From positions 60,574,001 to 60,638,000 of the forward strand of contig NC_092357.1 in NCBI RefSeq assembly GCF_963676685.1: a stretch of DNA of 64,000 nt, written 5' to 3'. Origin of the DNA: Mytilus edulis (lineage: Eukaryota). A program made the position numbers and the translations under genes. The notes under the pieces were generated by a model, which was given only the letters and a program-made list of their open reading frames with translations, did no database searches and was not told where the DNA came from. Shown here piece after piece: positions 40,801-49,800 of this stretch (its first letter is position 1; every line of letters starts with the position of its first letter).

Positions 40801-43800
40801 AAGTATCGTATGAAAATAACATACTAGTTGTCCGATTAGGTTTTCCTTATTCATCTTCATTCGAAACGTTGTCACCTATTGGGTAAAAACCCTTTAATAT
40901 CTCGAAAAACAATCCTCTTTAATAGAATAGTGTATCATTGATAAGGCATATCAACAAAGAACTTCTGTATACTAAGTTGGGGAAATCCCGCATTGCATAT
41001 AGCATGCGATTGTTGAAAATTTTCACAAAAAAATAGGCGTGTACTACTGTATGCCAGACTTCCGTTGCGATTAAAACCCAGACTTGTGATTTTGGAAATA
41101 TATCGAAACAAGTCAGAAAACTTTTAAACGTTACCTTGATAATTACAACCGTATTAATATCCAGCAAGTAATGCAGCACTCTTATCTTGAAAATGTTTCT
41201 ATGTTGTCTTTGATGAAGAGTAAATGCTCAAAAAAATTTGTTTTCGGGTTCGATACTTTAAATTTCAAATCTACCAACCTTGGAAATGACTATTCCGGCA
41301 AAGTTTATTGCTATACTGTAAGATGTTGTTTGAATATTTGTGTACATGGCATCCATCTGAAAAAAGATGTTTGAAAATATGGACTAATTTTCATTAAATT
41401 CAAAAAATGGAGAGAAAGGGATACGTACAATTATGTATTTATATTTGTACTGACACAAAAGCAACTCCGGAATTGTACTGATTTTTATTGGTTTGCATCT
41501 TCTCTTTATTTCGGGTGACAACTGCTAAACAATCATACACTACTAGTACATGAAAAAAGCTATGAACTTCCGTGCTCCATTCAGATCATCATACTAATGA
41601 CGACAGAAATATACTTTGCACACGGCTTTATACAAATCATCGTAAAAAAAATTGTGACAAATACAACTCAGGTTGTCTATGACTGCAATAAGAAAATCCT
41701 TCGTTTTTCGAAAACTTCATACTTTTGCAAACAGTTGATTTAAAAAATTACCATATTACTGATATCGATGTCAACACTGAAGTGCAGATTAAACATACAA
41801 CATATAACATAAAACATGTACATAAGAGTTTGAAATTTTCTCCAGTCATATACGTTTGATTTATCAGTAGTAACGATAAGCTTACCCCATTAATAATGAA
41901 CGCATAAAACTGTCGAATTGTTATTATTGCTTCTGCATCTTTTTCAACGTGGTTGGATTTCTTGCTTTTGTCATACCAACTGAAAACAAGATTTTTTTTG
42001 TATCTATCTATTTCCTGTGAGTAAAAAAACAGGGGATGTGGTATAATTGCCAACCCTCCACAAGCGACTCTTTATAAAATTTAGAAGCATTGCACATGTT
42101 GTACTACCATCGAAATTGGTCTTTTCCTTTCAAAATTTAAATTTGTTTATAAATGTTCCAATTGACATCCTTCCAATGTCTGACAAAACAATAATATACA
42201 GTGGAAAGTTAGTATCACTGTTTTTTATTCAATTTAATCTTATATTTTTGGTATGTGGGGTATACATGCCGTACAAATTTGCAACACGGGTTCGTGGTCT
42301 TAATAGAGCTTTCTTACAAATTGACGAAAGGTACGTATGCTTGACGAATCGTACGCAAGACTCGTTTTAGGGATCCTTTATTTTGACATATTTAAATAAT
42401 AGTCGTGGAACTTCGGACAATTATCGTGTATGCAACGACACTTATAAAATTGGATTTTTCTTAAGATATATTTATGATTTCGGGACGTACGATAGGTTAG
42501 AATATGATTATTGATACCACCAGGTCGGGGGAGATAACACTACAAAATATTCTACATATAGAGTAGTCAGACGAAAAAAATGCCCCAAGAAGACTAAAAA
42601 CCGGCCCCTCTCCAACTCTTTAATATTACAATGTTGCACTGTTTAACCTAAGAAAATACATTGTCTTTCCCAACAACAACTCAAATACTTCCTTGATTCA
42701 AAATTTGCAACGCTCAAAATAATAAAATGAAAATGAAGAAAAAAAGATGATCTTCATACTATATATGCCATATGCCATATGCTGTTGCTCGTTTCATAAC
42801 GTTTGAATCATCGCCTCTCCCCTGGTAATATTCATTGCCCCCCTAAATGTGTATATATGATACACCGGAGCAATGGACGGTTATTTTAGCGTATAACTGC
42901 GTTTTACCTATAGTCCTGAACATTCATGAAATATTTGCCACTGGACGATAAGTGACAACTTCGCGTCTATCTTCCAAATATGTGTATCATTTTTTAGCAA
43001 ATTTCGATATTCCACTTTGACAATTTGCTGAAAGTGTACTGTAACAAATACAAATAAATGTGAATCTTGTCGTTAAATTTAGACTTACGTACTTCAATAA
43101 TGTCATTGAAATGTTAATCGTGCAACTCGTGCTTAAAAAATTCCCGAGGAAATGTGTGTACTCGTGGTTTACGTAAGTAACGTATCGTACGTAAGTGTAT
43201 TTGACACTATTTTTCTCTGTTTGGTTATATTAAAATCGTGTATTAATTGCGATATTATTATTTTTGAAAAATAAACTAGATTTAAAAAGAATGCTGTTTT
43301 ACTGGATAAAACAACGACTCTTTTAACTGTTATTGTGGAAATGAAATGCGTGCTCCCTTTACGTTCGTTCGTACCTTTCGTCAATTTGTAAGAAAGCTCT
43401 AATATACCAGAATAGTGCATTTTCTGTTAATTTACCAATTGTGGTATGTTGTCCTGGTTCAGTGTAAACTTTTTTTTTTAATCTTAATTTGTATCTTGAT
43501 GATTTTATGAAATTTGAGAATCTAAAGTTGATTTTAAAGAGGTAGACCTAGGTTAAGGGAAATAACGCTTAAAATCATCAGTACGTTTATGCCAACCATT
43601 TTCAAAAACATATTCTAAGCTTCCAGGTTACATAGATTATTTTCAGTCTGTTTCAGGTAAATGCTTAAAATACATTGATGCACTTGACTTTTACAAACGC
43701 TTAACTGATTTAAAGAGTTATCTCCCTGAATCAAGGTCTACCCCCTTAATATCTAGATATTTTTAATATGGAGAAGAGATAATTAACCGAACAAATTCAT

Positions 43801-46800
43801 TAATGCACCCAATGTATATACCTATGAGGTTAATAGATGCTATAACTACTGTTGTTAGATTGACTCAGATTATAATATTACAAGGTAAATATTACCAATG
43901 TTATTTCAACTGATCGGGCGGAGCTTTCGTTTTTAATATGCATAAGGACAGTCTACTTGAGGATGTGTGTGATTAGGATGATTGCCGTTATAATTATTAC
44001 TGATTTCTAATCACCTATCAGTGTCATCAAAGAAATTTAAAAAAAGAATGACTTTTCATAGATGAGTTTATCCTAAAGCACCTATCTGTAGATGAATGGA
44101 CTGGTTTATTATGAGCGAACCGGTTAAACTCCGCCCAGTCAAGTGAAATAAATCGAGTAATAATAGAGAAGAATTATTCTATAATAAAGATCATTCTATA
44201 TTACTTGTAAATTAGAAAACAACTTACTATTTGTATATAGAATAGTCTACCACTATTAGAAGTTCTAGTTGGTAAGATCCTGTGCCACGTTTGTATCGTT
44301 TACGAGAAACACTTTTTAAAGTTGTTTCGGAAATTTCTACAAAAACAAAAAGAAGACTTTAAAGTGTATGTTATATTTGAAACTGCATATTTATTATATG
44401 ATAAAATATTCAATAATTTCATTTTACACGTTTAAACATTAAAGTATATTATAAGATAAAGTTTATAAAATAGCATTATGCTGCACAATGCTTAAACTTC
44501 CCTGATAGTCTGGTAAACGCTTAGTCGCAATTTTGTTTAGGAATATCGGAACAAAATGGACCATTTATTTTCGATTTGTTGTCGTATATACGTCATTCCT
44601 AGTCGTGAATCAAAAACATAATGTTACAGACACTTTAACAGCAGATTACTAATGATATAAATGAGAGTCATCGTGTTCATTACCTCCAAAAAAGTGGTAA
44701 ATGTACATGATAATTTACAATTAGTCTTTTCCTCAATTTTAATCGCTTTTTCTTATCAAGAGGAAATCCATTCAACATTGATGTTTACTAAATTCTCCTC
44801 CTAAATGACAAAACGTATGTTTCACTATCAACTAGATATTCACCTCACAAAAATAGCATAATTTCCAATTTTATAAACTACTATTTTTTTTTACTTTTTG
44901 TTTGGGTTTAACAGTATATGTTATACAAAAACTTCCCATTCTGACATCAAAATTTATAACTAGTAAATAAGTATGGTTAGTTCTTGATAGAGCTTTAAAA
45001 TGGAAGATACATTTCTTTCATATAAGAAATGAATAGCTTTTTGTTTCAAATATCAAATTTATTTAAATAGCAAACTTACCTTTTAGCGAAAGATCATTAA
45101 ATGTTACATTCTGTTTCTTTTCCTTAAAAATGAGAAATTTATTGTATCTTCGTTTGAATTGAAACATTGGTGAATGTTTTTTTTGTGATTGGAGGATATA
45201 TTCCTCTCCTTTTGCATGAAAAACTCCAAACTGGAATAGAATAATAGAGACAATTGATTTTTAATGATTTTGTTAACCAATACCAGTAATTTTGCTTAAT
45301 ATATATATTTAAATATATTATTCTTCTATCACGAGTCAATTGTTCTATTGTAAAATTGTAATATGCATTACAGTACTTCGGTACTGGCATGAAAATACGG
45401 ATTTTTTGTGTTAATAAAATTTGCTGTTATAAAATGATAGAAATTATAATAAATTAAGGAATGTATCTCCCTCGTGCAAAGCTCTGATTTCTTTCACGGA
45501 TTTGGCTATACTTTTTGGACCTTTTGGATTATAGCTCTTCATCTTTTATATAAGCTTTGGATTTCAAATATTTTGGCCACGAGCATCACTGAAGAGACAT
45601 GTATTGTCGAAATGCGCATCTGGTGCAAGAAAATTGGTACCGTTAATTTTATTAAAAAGATGCTGCAAACAATGGTTTAAAATTATATCTATACTATGTT
45701 TATGACATTGACAATTTTGTTAAATATAGGGCATTTGTTTTTTTTAATTTGAGGCCCTAAACAGTGCTTAAATGGAATAAATATTTAAATCGATAATATC
45801 TGATAACCATAAAGATATAATTTAATTTTGGATGTATAGCGTCTTCTGATTGGCTGACGTTATTTTGTTATCAGACCATAGACATAATTTAGTCATGTGA
45901 CAGTGACGTTATCAACGTTTTTTCATGGTTTTCTACGGTTTAAATGGAATTTAGAATTAAATTATAAGAAATGACTGTGCTACGCGCGTTATTCAGTGTG
46001 CACCAAATTTTTTATGTTATTTCTTCATATATATAGACAGAAAAAATTTTACAGTCATTCCTTAAATAAAACAAATCAGCTGTCGAATCCCCCTTGAAAT
46101 TTTCTTGCAAACATGTTAATCTAATGAATGTCCTAGCATCCGCTGTAGAATTGGCTGAGCCGTTTGATGAGAGAAACCTAGATTTGTTTGGGGTTTCTTT
46201 TGTCCTTGCTCTTACCATGCTGATACTACTTGTCCGATCAATCTGCATAACAAATACTGCTCCGTTGAAGTAATCTTGGTAAAATATAGATTCCTGAAAT
46301 TGAAAATTGAAATTATAAATGAACACATTAAGGTTTTTTTTTATCCCAGGCATAGATTACCTTATGCGTATTTGGCGCAACTTTTTGGAATTTTGGATCC
46401 TCAATGCTCTTCAACTTTGTACTTGTTTGGCTATATACATATTTTTGATATGAGCGTCACTGATGAGTCTTATGTAGACGAAACGCGCGTCTGGCGTACT
46501 AAATTATAATCCTGGTACTTTTGATAACTATTAGCAACAAGTTAACATCAGACTCGTATATCATGTAAATGGTTAAACATAATTAATACTGGATTACTAG
46601 TACAGTGAAAACTGTTTAAACCGAACCTCTTCGGGACTTAATATTGTGTTCGGTTTTGGCTGATGTTCGGTTTTACCAGGTTCACAACGCATACAATTTG
46701 ATATGACGGTGCTTTAGAAAATGTTTGGTTTATACAGGGTTTCGGTTTAAGCAGGATTCGGTTTAGCCAGGTTTCACTGTACCTTATTAGATTTTTTTTT

Positions 46801-49800
46801 AAATGGACCCTTATTAAACCATAAGTAATACAAGGCTGATAATTTTAAACGAGAGACGCGTGTTTCTTTAACAAAGTCAAAACATATAACCAGGAATTGC
46901 TTACATCCACCTCATGTGATCTTTCCTGGAAAGATTTATAACTGACAAACATACATTGTTTTTATATGATTTGATAAACTAAAACTCATCTTTTAATGCT
47001 TACCATTCCGGAGCACCCGATTTCAATCCCGGTTGTTAGTGGAGTTCGTGTTGTTTCTTATCTATTATTTATAACTGTTGATGTAAATGCCCTTTGATTT
47101 TTTAAATCTTGGTTTACTCCTTGGTTTTGATTTTTATTGTCTTTGAATGATATTTTTGTTTGATTAAGACAGTCTAAAACATTGCAACAATTTGGATATT
47201 TGCTTACCTCATTATCAGAAACATCTCTGGGAGTTATGGTATCACTTTTCAAGATAAAAGTAGGGACGTTCGGTTTAATATGATAATTGCGCTTAAGATG
47301 TATATGAACCGGAAATCCTTCCATTGAAAAATCAAAGTCAAACGTCTCTGGATGAAAAATGTCATCTGCTGATCTTTTTGTTCTTTTCCCTTCTTTTATG
47401 TGAATGTATATATCCTCTATAACAAACAAATAGATTGCATTTTCGTTTCAAATATCTTGCACATGGTATTATAGTCTTCACATTCAAGTTTTGTAGGCTT
47501 CGTAAACTTAACTTAATTGGGATAAGAATAGAAATATATGTCATTCATCATTCGTGTAAAGTATCCAGGTTTTTATTCTATTAAGTAATAGAAACTTAGA
47601 TAGTAGGTTGGTTCAATTTTACAACAATATGAGGATCAATATACTTTATATAACAGCAGCTACGAAAACAGACTGATTTATCTTTTGGTTGGTGCCTGGT
47701 GGAGAATTGTCTTATAGACAATCTTACCATGTATTGTTATACTTTTCTACATAAGAAGATGCCTGTACCAAATCAGGAATATGACAGTTGTTATCCATTC
47801 GTTATGTGTGTTTGAGATCTTAATTTTGCCATTTTATTAGAGACTTTCCGTTTTGAATTTTTCCCAGGGTTAAATATTTCTGTGGTTTTTGACACGGTAC
47901 AGGCATTTTCTCATGTTGAAAATGGTGGATTAACCTGGTTTTATACCTAGCTAAACCTCTTACTTGTATGACAGTCGCATTAAGTTCCATTATAATGACA
48001 CAGATGTGTGAATAAAACATACTGACATCATAGATAGAAATGTCAGATATGGGGCACAGCAGTCAACATTGTGTTATAATCTTAATCAATATTAAAACAA
48101 ACAAAGTAGTAACAAAGTAGTACAAAATGGCAGATAGACAAAGCACCTTGGCAAAAATGAAAGACAAGAATACAAAAATTTACTTTATACTTGCAGTTAA
48201 CTTTTTGTAGCCTTAAAGTCATAAGAAACGAGTGACCGGTGAAAAATAATGTTCTTCCAATTCTTAAACCAATGCATACAAACATCATAAACTTAGTCTT
48301 CTGTGCTCGAATTTATCATTTTTTTCGTGTAAATTTCGTATAATCGTCAATTTTTTTTTCAATCGGTCAGTGTTGTTGTGAAAATATGGCAGGTAATTAA
48401 AGTTCGTGTTTTGAAGCCGAAGTTTAACGATTGTCACCTGTTTGTCAACAATTGACGAAAAATAAACAAAAAAGCATGGAAATTGAGCACGTGTTTAACA
48501 TGTAAATTCAGATAATAGTTTATTTTAAGGACATCCATGCGTATTGTGGTCACCGGATTTTTACGAGATGGGTTACACTGAGGTCACCTTGCATACGGAA
48601 AATATATCGGGGGAATTGCTTGCTGGAAGGAAGCAATTCAAATAAAGTAAACTTCTTCTAAATATGAATACATTAAAGAATTTTCTTCAGAAAAAAAGTA
48701 TATGTACATAAGTTTTACTATGAAAACTATCCATTGAGTTATAAAAAACATATGCATTATTTTTTTTTGATTTGAGGTTTCTTATGACTTTAAAATAGAA
48801 TATTAAAAATATGTTTTAGTACAAACCAGTGTTTGGGAAAAGTGTCCTCCTAGTACAAATTAGACTTTCAATATAAAAAGTATATTAGTATTACATTATA
48901 ATTGCAAATAACTCCTTTCGTATCACTTTAAATACTTTTTAGTAATATCTTAGAATTTAAAATTTATCGGGTTAGTACAAATCAGAAGGTCCAAGACCAC
49001 AATTGTCGTCCTTTGATTTTCGTTGTTCACAAATATAGTTCCTAGTTTTGACAGTTGATTACTTGCCATTAATTTGTATACCCCTTCTAAATTTATTTCT
49101 CCATGTTTAATGCCTCAAATTACAAGAAGGGGGGGGGGGGGGGGGGGGTTGAAATTACACTGTGAAAAAATTTTTGTTCAGGATTTTAAAGGAAAGTAGT
49201 GATTTGTTCCAGCTGAAAAAGGTTGAAAATTAGCACTTCGGAAGCTGTCAAAAGATGTCAAGACGCACTAAACATAAAATTGTCCATTTGTCCATATTTT
49301 GAGTTAGAGCCAATGAAGTTTTCTATAATTTTGATATAATTTGTCCCAAAAGTAGTACAAAACACTGTAAAAATGCATTGAGAAAGCCCAGGTGGGATTT
49401 TTTTAATTTTCATATATCTTCTTAAAGAAATGCACTACGAAATAATTATCGTCTCGGACCAGAACTGGAATGTTGGTCCCTTATGGTAACCCCTTGATTC
49501 GATACTGTAATGAATAAATGACAGATTTGTATTTTCAACGGATAAGTTATGCAATTGTACTTAGTTAAGTTTTCTTATTGATCAATTTATAAATTACTTT
49601 ATGCTTGTAGTCAACTCTTTGTAGCCTTAAAAAAGAATATTGAAAAATATGTAACAGTTCATACTAGTGTTTGGAAAAGGTGTCTTTCTAGTACAAATTA
49701 GACTTTCAATATATACATTATTACAAAAAGCTCGTTTAGTATCACTTTTAATAACTTTTGGTAATTTGATAATTAGTAAAAAATCAAAACTGGTCCCTTA

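Noticed and set aside
37243-49148. Long poly-C/poly-G tracts (37243, 39350, 49128), including the poly-Pro ORF 39236
   Set aside because: They are simple homopolymers inside repeats, with unreliable length and no coding support.
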